A stretch of 64,000 bases of DNA, from the NCBI RefSeq assembly GCF_009914755.1, contig NC_060947.1. One strand, 5' to 3'. A program made the position numbers and the translations under genes. Shown here in pieces: positions 16,462-38,321 of the stretch (position 1 is the first letter of the stretch; each line of letters begins with the position of its first letter). Under the pieces are notes generated by a model. That model worked only from the letters and a program-made list of their open reading frames with translations. It did not search any database and was not told the origin of the DNA. This DNA comes from the human T2T-CHM13v2.0 reference genome, Homo sapiens.

Positions 16462-16615
16462 AAGGCTCTGTCCTCCAAGGCCATGATTAACAACCAGGCC
16501 CTGCTCTCCTCAATCACACCAACATGCCAGGCCCTGTTCTTCAAAGCCATGGATCACAGACAGGCCCTGCCTTTAGAAGCCATGCCCCCCAACTAGGCCC
16601 TTCTACAGCTGGCAC
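16462..16615 (+). repeat. 33-bp (11-codon) degenerate tandem repeat inside the EZHIP-like pseudogene
   Basis: In-frame units KALSSKAMINN / QALLSSITPTC / QALFFKAMDHR / QALPLEAMPPN / *ALLQL, each beginning (c/a/t)aggc(c/t)ct. Confidence 0.8.
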
Positions 16616-17097
16616 TGCACAGGGATGACTAGCCCTCCACACTCACCCTTTTGTACCTGAGCCTGCTGTCCTGAATCCCGTTTTTCCTGTTGGGTTTGCC
16701 TTTTGAAGGCTTGTCTTCAGAGTCTTTCCATCTCTCTTGGTCTTGAGGTCCTATGTGTTGCCTCCCAGCTGGTGATGCCATTTGAGTTAATGTCACTTTA
16801 TCTTCACATCCTGGTAAATTCTCCTTTCTTTATTCTGGGCAAAGTGGTAGAAACCTCTTATTCTCTCTAAAGTTTCTTAGTCTGAGTCACTCCTCCTCCT
16901 CCCCTTATAATGCCTTATCATGCTTTTTTTTTTCCCCTCACTCCAACTCCAGCCTGTCCCTCCTAGAATTAGGCATGCCTTGCTACCCTGAGCCCTGCCT
17001 CTCCAAAACTGCAAACCCAAATAGAGGGTACATCTGCCCCTACGTTGTCTGTGCTATGACCTTCAAGGAGCAGCTTCCAAGACCCAAAGATGGTATC

Positions 17098-17194
17098 ATG
17101 TGCAAGAATGGAGGTCACAGACATCCTAGAGGATAATACAGCAGGAAGTGCATGGGTGTATGTAGTGTTCATCTTAGGGGATGTTTTAGCAGCA
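17098..17194 (+). repeat. Two isolated units of the 48-bp repeat, paralogous to 35266-35362
   Basis: Ungapped 97-bp alignment with about 13 mismatches to 35266-35362. Confidence 0.85.
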
Positions 17195-18834
17195 GGATAT
17201 CTACATTCATCATTCATCTACTGTGTTAAGTGGATTGTCCACTCAATGGTTACCTGTGGGGTTTCTAAGAGTTCTCCTAGCCACAGGCAACATTATGGGA
17301 AGTTTTAAAACCTCTCCTCCCCTTCCCATGACTCAGCCACTCAGCACTTACCTGCGATTGACCCTTGATTCTAGGTCCCCTGCTCCCTCAAAGGGCCTAC
17401 CTTGGCCCTTGAGCTGAAATTTCCCTTTTTTAAGTTGCCTTTTATAGAAAAAAGTCTTAATAAATAAAATTAAGTATAAAATATTTCCTGATTCCAGTCC
17501 AAAAATTTAATTTTCTGGCAGAAGATTAACAAAAAATGTAGTCACCATTCAAGTGGACACTAAGGAAGAGAGAGAGAGAGTAAAATCTTATCCCAGAAAT
17601 ATTTATTGGCTCTATTTGAAATAGAGTTTTGACCATGAAATTCCCATTTAGACCCTTCATACCATCTTAGCACACATAATTTGCCACTCGGACAAGAAAA
17701 ACAGCAGAGTTTATCCAAATGTGTTTGGAGAAAGAAAGGAATGGTGGAGGTATCCAGGGTCAAGAAGTCAAGGTTATGTGGGGGTAGGGAGGGCGGTGAG
17801 AGGATAACCCAGACTCAGAATCATAAAGGAAGAGACAGTAAGGGTCAGAAGACTGAGGGGCAAAGATCTCAGTTTTTAGGGGATGAAAATGTTTACATGT
17901 GAGAACAGGTGCTCCTGAGGTCTGCAGGTGTTGGAGGAGACTAGGGCAGTGATTCTAGTTTAATAATTGATGTAGAAAAGTGGTCAGGTATTAAGTTAAA
18001 AAATGTTAATGGTTAATCTCATTTTTTAAAAAGTAGTTGTGTCTGAGATTGTGAACATACACATGAGAGTGTGTGTGTTTGTGTGTGTGTTTAGACATGT
18101 TTGAAAAAAATTGAATGGGTGTACACCATGCTGTGAACAAAGTATATACCCAGTTGTTGAAATACTGATGAGGAAGTCTTATATTTTATTTTCCACATTT
18201 TCCACCTTGATCATATCACTACTTCCATGATGAGACCCAACTGAGCTGTTTTTCAAATAATTAAGTTGTGGAGATATGGTAGAAGTTGTGGAGACATTCA
18301 CCTTAAAGTGAATGGAATGAAAAAAATATTTAAAAAAAAAACAACAGAATGAACTCTTTCTCTCTCCTTTCCTATATTTCTGCTCTCTTTTCTTTTGGTT
18401 TTTTGGTATGTAGCCTGAATTGGCACTAGACCTGGCCAAAAAGGTCCCTGGTCCTGAGTCCCTTATTTTAGAGACTCCTTCTCAGAATCTCCTCATGCTA
18501 CATTTCATCCCAGAAATAGGATCCCACAGAGACGAGAATGAGTTCCTCAGGTCCTGACACTCTGCCAATTTTGTAGAAAAATATCAGACACTCTAATTCT
18601 TTTAGAATACTTCCAAAGCCAGTGAGGACCTATTCTCAAAGTTCTGCCTAAGGAAGGAAGAGCTGGGCCTAAATATGCTCAATACTAGACACAAAATGTG
18701 GCCAAGTGGCCACTGTTTGTGCGAGCACTGTTTGTGGGAGGTATGGGTTAAGACAGATTCAGGGTTAGGTATGAAGGGCTGCATAGTGTAGTATATAGCT
18801 GGCATGGAAAGAGGAGATCCAAGACATGCGCCAG

Positions 18835-20145
18835 GGGATTAAACATTTAAATCTAAGACCTCAAGCTATGAAACTACTACACAAAATGTTGAGAAAAAAT
18901 GTCCAGGACATTTGTCTGGGTAAAAATTTCTTAAGCAATACCCCTCAAGCACAGGCAATCATAGCACAAATGAACAAATAGGATAACATTAAGTTAAAAA
19001 GCTTCTGCACAGTAAAAGATACAATCAACAAAGTGAAGAGTCAGCCCACAGAATGGGAAAAATACTTGCAAACTACACATCTGATAAGTGGTTGTAATCC
19101 AGAATATATAAGGAGCTCAAACAACTCTATAGGAAAAAATCTAATAATTAGATCAGAAAATGGGCATATTTGAATAGACATTCCTCAAAAGAAGACATAC
19201 AAATGGCAAACACACATATGAAAAGGTGCTCATTTATCATCTGAGAAATGTACATCAAAACTACAGTGAGTTATCATCTCACCCCAATTAACATGGCTTA
19301 TATCCAAAAGACAATCAATAACACATGTTGGTGATAATGTGAAGAAAAGGAAATCTTTGTATACTGTTGGTAGGAATGTAAATTAGTATAACCACTATAA
19401 AGACAGTTTGAAGTTTCCTCAAAAAACTAAAAATTGAGCTACCATATTATCCAGCAACCCCACTGTGGTATATATACCCGAAAGAAAGGAAATCAAGATA
19501 TTGAAGAGATATCTGCACTCCTATGTTTGTTGCAGCACTGTTTACTATAGCTAAGATTTGGATGCAACCTAAGTGTCCATCAACAGATGAATGGATAAGG
19601 AAAATGTGGTACATATACACAATGGAATACTACTTAGCCCTAAAAAATAATGAGATCCTATCATTTGCAACAACATGGATAGAACTAGAGATCATTATGT
19701 TAAGTGAAATAAGTCAGGTACATAAACACAAACATCGTATGTTCTCACTTATTTGTTGGATCTAAAAGTCAAAACAATTGAACTTGTAGGCATAGAGAGC
19801 AAAAGGTTGGTTACCAGAGGCTGAGAAGGGTAGTGGGGGCCTGGCGGGAGGTGGGGATGGTTAATGGGTAAAAAAAAAAAAATAGAAAGAATGAATAAGA
19901 CCTACTATTTGATAGAGCAACTGGGTGACTATAATCAATTATAACCTAATTGTACATCTTAAAATAATTTAATGACTGTAATTGCATTGTTTCTACCTCA
20001 AAGGATAAATGCTTGAGGGGACAGATACTCCAGTCTCCATGATGTGCTTATTTCACATTGCATGCATGTATCAAAATATCCCATGTTTCACTTAAAATTG
20101 TACAACTACTATGTACCCACAAAAAATAAAAAATAAAATTAAAAT
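18835..20145 (+). mobile_element. L1MA-type 3' portion
   Basis: ORF2 C-terminus [29 protein letters not shown]; 3'UTR and A-rich tail. Confidence 0.9.
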
Positions 20146-20149
20146 ACGT

Positions 20150-21680
<1,531 letters not shown>

Positions 21681-21684
21681 TGTT

Positions 21685-23729
<2,045 letters not shown>

Positions 23730-24460
23730 TATATTGTTTTATGCCTTTGTATTTTAAGTCATATAAGCATAAATTAGGAATTACAAACTGAAAGCACAAT
23801 AATACTGGCTTTTTAAATTACCTATGCAGTTACATTTACTGGTATTATTTTTGTAACTTTTATTTTAGTTTCAGGGGTATATGTGCAGGTTTGTTACATA
23901 GGTAAATTGCATGTCTTGGGGGTTTGGTGTACAGATTATTACACAGGTAATAAGCACAGTACCCTATAGGTATTCTTTATTTCTTTATATGGCTTTGAGT
24001 TACTGTATAGTGAACTTTTCGTTTTAGCCTGAAAAAAAAAATCCTTTTGGTATTTCTTGTAGGAAAAATCTACTAGCAAGAATCTTCCTCAGCTTTTGTT
24101 TATCTGGGCATGTTTTAATTTCTCCATCATTTTTGAAGCATAGCCTTAAAATGCAGTGTTCCTGGTTAAAACTGTTTTTTCTTTCAGCACTTCAAATATT
24201 TTTCCACTGCTTTATAGTTTCTATTGTTTCTGATGAGAAAGAAGCTGCTGCTAATCTTATTGAGGATCCCTTATAAGTGATGAGTCATTTCTCTCTTGTT
24301 GCTTCCAAGAATGTCTTTTTTTTCTTTGGCTTTTTACAGTTTCATTATAATGTGCCTCAGTGGGGACCTCTTTAATTTTATCTTTTGTGTATTAATTGAG
24401 CTGCTTGGAAGAGAAGATTTGTGTCTTTCATCAGATTTGTGAAGTAGAGGCTCATTATTT
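23730..24460 (-). mobile_element. Old L1M fragment with short L1PA 3' end nested (~23855-23975)
   Basis: cctcagcttttgtttatctggg and tttctgatgagaaa are antisense ORF1-region motifs; nested tgtgcaggtttgttacataggtaaa. Confidence 0.65.
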
Positions 24461-24702
24461 AAATAATTAAAATATTGTGAATATTCTTATTTAAATAAAA
24501 ATTATTTTTATTTAATAAACCTATGATTTCTATCAAGAAAATTAAAATCTGCTGCTGCCCCTGATGTAAGATTCTAAAACATTTCTATCTTTGCATTCAG
24601 TAACACTGCTAGACAAATGATGGACAATATTACTAATGTATGTCTCTTCCAGGGAAAAAATTTTGATGTTTCTTTCTATTATATTATTGTTACAGAATTA
24701 CT

Positions 24703-24706
<4 letters not shown>

Positions 24707-24733
<27 letters not shown>

Positions 24734-24775
24734 TGGTTGTGTGTGTGTGTGTGTGAGAGAGAAAGAGAGAGAGAC
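24707..24775. repeat. (TG)n(GA)n compound microsatellite
   Basis: Direct read. Confidence 0.9.
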
Positions 24776-24859
24776 CAAGAAATTGAGAGAGGTAAATATA
24801 AAATTATAATAAAAGGTAGTATGTGTTACAATAACAATAGAACAGAACGAAGAACAAGA

Positions 24860-25623
24860 ACCTCACACCAAATGTGCAGTGGTATAACTCGACAGAATAT
24901 GTGAATGGGGAAAGAGGAGGAGTCCTGCCTCACCAATGCAGTGGTGTAATTACACAGTGAATGTTAGCTGACCAAAGAGAAAAAAAATAAGCAGCCTAAT
25001 TGGTACAGTGCTATAACTTGACAGCAAATGTGAATGTGGCAGGAGTCCTGCATCATCATAGAAGTTATGTAACTGGACAGGGCATGTGAATGGGGAAAAG
25101 AAGCACCTTGAACATTTATGTTGTAGTGTAACTAAATAGATGACATGATCATGGAGTGTAGAAAAAGCCAGACACCATCACTGTAGTGCTAAGGGACAGG
25201 AGATGTGAATGGGGAAAAGAAGAGCACTCATGATAGCACAACAGAGTGAATATAGTCAATAACAATTTAATTGTACATTTTAAAATAAAGAGTGTAATTG
25301 GATTATTTGTAACACAAAGGATAAATGCTTGAAGTGTTGGATGCTCCATTTACCCTGCTGTGATCATTAACATTGTATGCCTGTATCAAAAGATTTTATA
25401 TACTCCATAACTATATACACCTAGTATATACTCACAAAAATTAAAAATTAAAAAAGAGTACCTAAATGCCTGTACAATATAATTAGTGGAGAAAAGAAAA
25501 GACCAAAAAGGTAGTCCTACACCATTAGTAAAATGGGATATCTAGGTATATAATGTGAATAGGGCAAGGAGACGAGCCTCGACTTATAAATGCATTGTGT
25601 AACTAGGCAGAGGATGTGAACAG
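24860..25623. repeat. Degenerate ~60-bp tandem repeat, interrupted by an L1MA 3' end (~25230-25455)
   Basis: Anchor atgtgaa at 24899, 25028, 25084, 25203, 25553 and 25614; approximate unit tgcagtggtgtaactggacagggcatgtgaatggggaaaagaagagtcctgcatcatcaa. Confidence 0.75.
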
Positions 25624-25967
25624 TGATAAAAGAAAATCTTCAGCCGAATTAAATTTATAGGACTTTAATTGAGCAATGAACAACACACAAATCAGGCAGC
25701 CCCCAGAATCACAGCAGATTCAGAGATTCCAGTGCAGGCACATGGCGAAAGAAGATTTATAGACAAAAAAAGGGAAATGACATACAGAAATTGGAGGTGA
25801 GGTACAGAATGGCTGGATTGGTTACAGCTTAGCATTTGCTTTATTTGAACACAGTTTGAACACTCAGCAATGTATGAATGGTTAAAGTATGGCCACTGGG
25901 TTTGGCCAAGACTTAGTGATTGTTACAGGTACATACTTCTGAGTTAGGTTTTCAATCTTGTCTACTA
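25624..25967 (-). mobile_element. ERV1 LTR fragment (MER57-like), cut by L1
   Basis: aaaagaaaatcttcagccgaattaaattta...ggcagcccccagaatcacagcagattcagaga. Confidence 0.7.
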
Positions 25968-32116
<6,149 letters not shown>

Positions 32117-32119
32117 AAG

Positions 32120-35100
32120 TGTACTATTGATTTTTCTCAGTAAAAGTAAACATATACTGAGAGTCAGAATGGAGGCAGATAATGACAAATGGAGAGCGTA
32201 GGTCTATTACCAAACAATGAGTTTTGTCCAGGGGTTTGTTTGCTAAGATAGTGATAGGGCTGGGAATCAAAGGGAATTGAGGTTTAATAAACCTGTAGAA
32301 TTTCTATAAATCTTGGAATAACTTATATCCTTTTCTGTTTTTTACAGGGAGCATAGGAGTGTTTTGGAATGTAGAAGTTGGTATGAGTAGTCCACTGACT
32401 GTGAGTTCCTAGTTGATGGACTGAAATCCAAATGTGGCCCCTGAATTTAAGAAGTATTGTAGCAGTCTTGGGAGTGGGAAGTGACAGTTTTAATGTTTGA
32501 GGATTCTGCTTCCAATATTTGTCTATTATAAGTGGGTCTAGAGCTCCTAAGGGCTTCAGGGCTATAAGAAAGCATTTTAGTTATTTTGAATTATTAGAGG
32601 ATGTTAGAAGCCTTAAGGGGTAAAAAGAAAGCAGGATAGTCTGTAAAAGTTGAGAAAGGGCAAAGGTGTATTACGAAAAAATAGAGGATTTCTAAAGTGA
32701 GATTTTCAGTGAAAGAGTTTATGTGAATGTTTCATAAAGTCTCTCTGCAAGAGGATTACTGGTGTATTTGAGCAAAGGAGAAAGCAATGTTGTAAGTACA
32801 GACACCTGAGTGACTTGTCTAGTGGTTGGAAGAGTGGCAACTTGTTTAACAAGTTGTGTAATGCTGCCACATAAACCTTACTCAAGGAAGGGTGCACTCA
32901 AGGAAGGGTAATAGGAAAGCGTGAGATATTTATGATGAAGTAAGGAGTCTGTGTGTGCACTAAGAAGGTGGTTGTGTGCCCATTACAATAAAGTATAATT
33001 TCACCCTCTGTATAAGGGTATCTGTGGACATACAGGGCTTTTTCCTTCAGAGAGATATCTTTGGGGAAAAAAATCTAATCTCTTATTTCCCCTTTCACTT
33101 TAAGGCTGAAGAATCTCTAATCTACCGATCATTTTCAAAAAATATTTAAAATGTCTTTATTGACAGTGAGCTTCAGAAAGAAACTGGGATAGATGTATTA
33201 GAGCCCTTTCCTTCTGGTTGTTTAAATTGATAAACCCTGAGATTACGTTGAGTTGATTTCGATTTTTCAAGTATGGCAACCTTATGATATTGAGTCAGAG
33301 CGTGAATCTCAAAGAGGGTATCTGTGCCGGTTTATGTAATGCTTTTGTCTGATTTCTGTTAGAGATTTAAGACTATTAACAAAGCTGGAACTATATGGTA
33401 AATGATGAGGCCAGAAAAATCCTTCTAGATTATTTTTTAAATTTATGTTTAAAGTTGGAGATAAATTTGTCTTGTTGTTTATATTTGTGACCAAATTTGG
33501 AAGTGAAAGTCAAGTGGATAGAATCAAAAACATTGCCATCAAATTTCTTGGCTTTTTGTAAAGAAGTTATGCTATTTTTAAATTTATCTGAATGTCATCA
33601 TTTATGATGACTCATCTAGCCCTTTCAAACCAAAGGCCAGCATCTCCCGTACCCACAAGGAGATTGACCAGTAGATTTTAAAAGCCCTGGTGACAAAGCC
33701 CCAAGGAATAGTCTTAACTAATTGGAAAATTACTCTCAATTTTTCCAGGGATCCAGAGAATATTTAACAATGTCAATACATTCAAAAGAATACCATGATT
33801 TAAAAATAATATAGTCTCAATTGGTTGTTCTTGGAGTCCTTGAGTTCCCTGAGAGCCCTCAATGGGATGAGGGAGCAAAGATGGTGGAGGTAGGAATATT
33901 TAAGGAGGATAAAAGAAAGGATTAAAGAGAACTAAAGGTTAGGTCAAATGTAGTTAATAAAAGGGGAGAGTAAATGTGGAGGGTGTGATAGAAAGGGATA
34001 GTCTTAGAAGGCTTTGGGTAAGGGAGATGACTTTTGATAAAAGTAATGGCTTCTGAAAGATTTTGTGGGAGATAAGTTTTTCTGCCTCTTCATACTAGAC
34101 AAGATAAGCAGACCATTGCTTGGAGGAGATATTGTATATGCAGGACTCAGTATCCCCTAGCAAGTGAACAAGTTTAGCAATACCCCAAGATCCCCAAAGT
34201 GGTGGTTCAAAGTCAATGTTGTCTTTAGAAAAACTGTAGTATTTTGGAAGAAATTAGGTGGAATTAGAACTGTAGTGACAGTGTATGAGCCCTGTGTGGG
34301 AAGAGTCTAAGGGATATCAGTTAGTTTAAAGGTTTCTCAGGATAATGAAATGATCATCTGTCAGGCCTAAAGGCATTTAAACCCAAGGTATAATTTCCAA
34401 GGAGAGACTCAGGGACATTAATCCCCCTAAGAAAAGCAATGGGATATTAAACAAACGCATGATTTTTTCAAGATAGAGTCAGGGTCATAAACCCCACTCA
34501 GAAACACGGAAGTGGAATACAGAAAAACAGAAGAGTACTTAAATAAGAGAAAAATAAAGTCAACTGCTTCCTCAGCTAAAACACAAATATCTGAGCATGG
34601 GATAAGCAGTTACCATTCACCACCATGAATCCTGATTTACCTAGCCAGAAAAAGACACAAAGGGTCCTTGAAGATGGTATCAATACCTGAGTAAAAACGG
34701 TAAGGTCCAAGGGTCAGTCAACACTCTGAGTAATGTCAACATATGGTAAGAGATTTTTAAAAAGCTATCCCAGATATTAGTTTTGAAAGACTTTTTTAAG
34801 GGAGGATATTACAATGAAAACATTCTGAAAGTCTAAGGCAGAAACATCTCAGAAAGGGGTGAACAAAAAAAAGCTGTTATATGCAGATACCATGGTATAG
34901 GTAGCTGTAAAAAGGGGAAGGCAGTGGTAAAATCTCTGGAGAAGTTATTGAAACTTAGTAAACTCTGTCAAACCTTGCAATAACATAAAAGTCTAGGCAA
35001 GGAATACTGCTTGTTTTGAAGAACATGAGAGGTGGGTCTGTCTGAGATGGAGCAAACAAATTACAGTGTGGTAAGTTCAGGTAAAGTTTGAGGCCTACTT

Positions 35101-35156
35101 GTTTTAGTCAAGCCAGACTAAAATATGCCACGCCCAAAGTTTGATCCTCCTTGTCA
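32120..35156 (-). mobile_element. Old ERV1 (MER4-group-like) internal leader/gag remnant and probable LTR (~34740-35156)
   Basis: Minus-strand FLPKYYSFSKDNIDFEPPLWGSW near 34180-34255 resembles the degenerate matrix motif of MER4-group ERVs; family not resolved. Confidence 0.45.
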
Positions 35157-35799
35157 GGAAGGACCTTGAAGGAGGTGCTTGGTTCAACGTGAAACTAGCT
35201 TTGGGGATGACTGGTCAGGAAGTGCATGGGTCATGGAACTTCCAGTCTAGAGGAGAACTAGGAAGATGTGCATGAATGGAGGTCACAGTTATCTTACAGG
35301 AGAATCCTGCAGGAAGTGCATGGGTGTAGATAGTATCCATCTTAGGGGATGTTTTGGCAGCATGTGCATAGACAGAAGGTGCAGTAAGCTTAGAGGAAGA
35401 AATGGCAGGTGTTGCATGGGTGGTGATAGGACCCAGACCATGGAAGGCTATGGTACATGCATGCAGAATGCAGCCATCCTAGGGGAGGGATAAGGGAGTG
35501 GCATCAATGTAAGATTCAATCATCCTGTAAAGGACTTCACAAAAGATGATGTGTTGGAGGATGAATACAGCCTAGAGTAAGACATTGCAGGAGGTTCTCA
35601 TCTAGAAGGCACATTTGGTCTAATGTACCTTTCAATGGGAAGTGCATGAGTGGAAGGAACATCAAGCTTATGGCAGCAGGCATCAAGAAGAACATGAGTG
35701 GGGAAAGCACTCTACCTACAGAAGGAATTAGCAAGAGATGCGTAAGTAGACGGTGCAGCCAGTCTAAGTATGGTCTGATAGGAAGTTCATGGGTAGAAG

Positions 35800-37540
35800 A
35801 ATGAAATTGGACCCTTATATCACAACATGCCCCCAAATTAACTCAATATTGATTAAAGATTCAAATGTGAGATCAGACACTGTGAAACAACTAGAAGAAA
35901 ACAAAAGAGAAACACTACATGACATTGATCTGGACAATGATTTTTTGGATTTTACCCCAAATGTGCAGACAACAAAAGCAAAAATAGACAAATGATAATA
36001 CATCAAACTAAAATAGTTCTGTGCAGCACAGAATACAATTAATAAAAATTTATCTCCCAACAAAATGGGAGAAAATATTTGAAACCATACATTTGATAAG
36101 GGGTTAATATTCAAAATGTATAAGAAACACAAACAACTTTATAGCAAAAAAAAAAAAAAATTAAAAAATGGGGAAAGAACCTGAACAGACATTTCTTAAA
36201 AGAAGACATATAAATGACCAACAGATATATTTAAAAATGCTCAGAATCACTGAACATTAGGGAAATTAAAATTAAAACCACAATGATATATGTCTCATAT
36301 CTATCAGAATGGTTATTATCAAAATGATGAAGGGTAACAAGTGCTGGCGAGGATGTGGAATAAAGGAAACACTTGAACACTAGGTAGGAATGTCAATTAG
36401 TACAGTCATTATGGAAAAATCATATGGAGGTTCTTAAATAAAAGCTAAAAATTGAATTACAATATGACCCAACAATCCTACTTCTTGATATTAACCCAAA
36501 TGATTTGAAATCAGTTTGTCAAAGAGATATCTAAACTCCCATGTTTACTGCAGCCCTATTCAAAACAGTCAAATTATGGAAGCAACTTAAGTGTCTATCA
36601 ACAGATGAATGGATAGGGAAAATATGGTGCACACATGTGTCACTGAATGATAGTGGTACATTCTGAGAAATGTGTTGTTAGGTGATTTTGTTGTTATGCG
36701 ACCATATCATAGAGCATACTTACACAGACCTAGATGGTATAGCCTGCTACACACCCAGGCTATATGGTGTAGCCTATTTCTCCTAGGCTACATACCTGTA
36801 CAGCATGTTACTATACAGAATATTGTAGGTAATTGTAATACAATGATAAGTATTTGTGTATCTAAACATATCTATATATAGAAAAGGTAATGTTGCACTA
36901 CAATGTTATGAGGGCCACCACAACATCACTAGGCAATAGAAATTTTTCAGCTCCATTATGATTTTACGCAACCACTGCCATATATGTGGTCCACCATTGA
37001 CCAAAACACCGTTATGTGGCATATGACGGTACACATACACAATGAAATGCTCTTCAGCCTTAAACTAGAACGAAATTCTAGTATTTGAAACAACATGGAT
37101 GGAATTAGAGAACAGCATGCTAAGTAAAATACACCAGGAACAGAATGACAAATATAGCATATTCTCACTCAAATGTGGACTCTAAAACAATTAAATTCGT
37201 AGAAGCAGAGTGAAGAATGGTGGTTGCAGAGGTTGGAAATTGTGGAAATTGAGGAGATGATGGTCAACAGGTGTAAAGTCTAAGTTAACAAGGGTACCTT
37301 TTTTTGAGATCTATTGCCCAGCATGGTGTATATAGTTAATAATAGCCTCTTGAATATTTCAAAATTGTTAAAGAGTAAATTTCAAATATTCTTATCACAA
37401 AAAAATAAGTATTTCAGGTGATAGATACGTTTAAAAGCTTGATTTCATTATTTCACATTATATTTATAAATTATAACATCACTTTGTACCCCATAAATAT
37501 ATAAAATTATCAATTACCAATTTATAATTAAATAAAAATT
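35800..37540 (+). mobile_element. L1MA 3' portion
   Basis: agaatgaaattggacccttat through ORF2 end and 3'UTR. Confidence 0.88.
36631..37030 (+). mobile_element. Tigger3-type (TcMar) MITE nested in L1MA
   Basis: cattctgagaaatgtgttgttaggtgattttg...acctagatggtatagcct...ccattgaccaaaacaccgttatgtggcatatgac. Confidence 0.8.
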
Positions 37541-37556
37541 ATATAGGTGAAGGGTG

Positions 37557-37732
37557 CATCCTAGGTGAGGTAAAATTATATATATCATTATATATAATTA
37601 TAATTATAAAAGTAATTTTACATATATTTGTAATTATATGTTTTTATATTTATTTTATATTTGTTATATATTTATATATATTTTATATTTATATATTTTA
37701 TATATTTATATAATTTTACCTCACCTAGGATG
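37557..37732. repeat. Perfect 26-bp inverted repeat around a 124-bp AT-rich spacer
   Basis: catcctaggtgaggtaaaattatata (37557-37582) and its exact reverse complement (37707-37732). Confidence 0.95.
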
Positions 37733-38113
37733 TACATGGCAGGAGCTGCTCAGGTAGAAGGAGTATCCAGGCTATAAGAGTATTCTGCAGATAATGCAGG
37801 CCAGATGATACAATCTAAAAAGGGAAGGACATGGAAGGTGGTACATGGGTTCAAGGTGAAACTAGATTTGTGTAAAATTTGGAAAGATGTGCTTGGGTGA
37901 GGGGGAAGTCAGCTTAATGAAAGACCAGGCAGAAAGTACATAGTTGTAAGGAGTTTCAAGCCTAGGGAAGAACAGGGAAAACATTCATGAATAGAGAGGG
38001 CAACCATTCAAGGGGATAATTTGGCAGGGAGTGTATGGGTGGAGGGAGAATTCAGTATGGTGGAGGATTAGGGAGGTGATGCATTTGTGGGGAAAACCAT
38101 CAGCTTAGACTTT

Positions 38114-38321
38114 AATCTTTTGGGTTCTCTGGGCCACATTGAAAGAAGTAGAATTGTCTGGGAGCACACATAAAATGCACTAACGCTAATAATAGCTGAT
38201 GATCTTTAAAAATTCACAAAAGAAATTATAATGTTTTAAGAAAGTTTACAAATTTGTGTTGGGCCTCATTCAAAACCGTCCTGGGCCGCATGTGGCCCTT
38301 AGGCCACGGGTTGGAAGCTTG
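38114..38321 (+). mobile_element. MER30 (hAT-Charlie)
   Basis: ctgggccacattgaaagaag...aagaaagtttacaaatttgtgttgggcc...ctgggccgcatgtggccc...gggttgga. Confidence 0.8.

Larger units (their letters stand above)
14955..17059 (+). pseudogene. Decayed EZHIP (CXorf67)-like pseudogene, split by LTR insertions (coding remnants 14955-15195 and 16332-17059)
   Basis: ATG 14955 gives MAIQSYWEKEQQLKFMQVEVTRRTKNEVVPATIDASKSSNLDP (EZHIP, recalled: MATQSDMEKEQKHQQDEGQGGLNNETALASGDACGTGNQDP). Then NQPRNHLFP (QKPPGRRLFP), 11-codon repeats, RLVF-QSLSISLGLEVLCVASQLV/DAI*VNVTLSSHPGKF (RLAFQSRSGSPDPEVPSRASPPVWHAVRMRASSPSPPGRF), KFLSLSHSSSSP (EFLGLRSISTPSP), and TLSPASPKLQTQIEGTSAPTLSVL* (ALSPVPPEEQAEIESTAHPATPPEP*), stop 17057-17059. 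Collinear, with several stops and frameshifts. Confidence 0.82.

Noticed and set aside
24860-25623. CRISPR-like repeat-spacer array
   Set aside because: Eukaryotic DNA, and the units are degenerate along their whole length, with no constant repeat and unique spacers.
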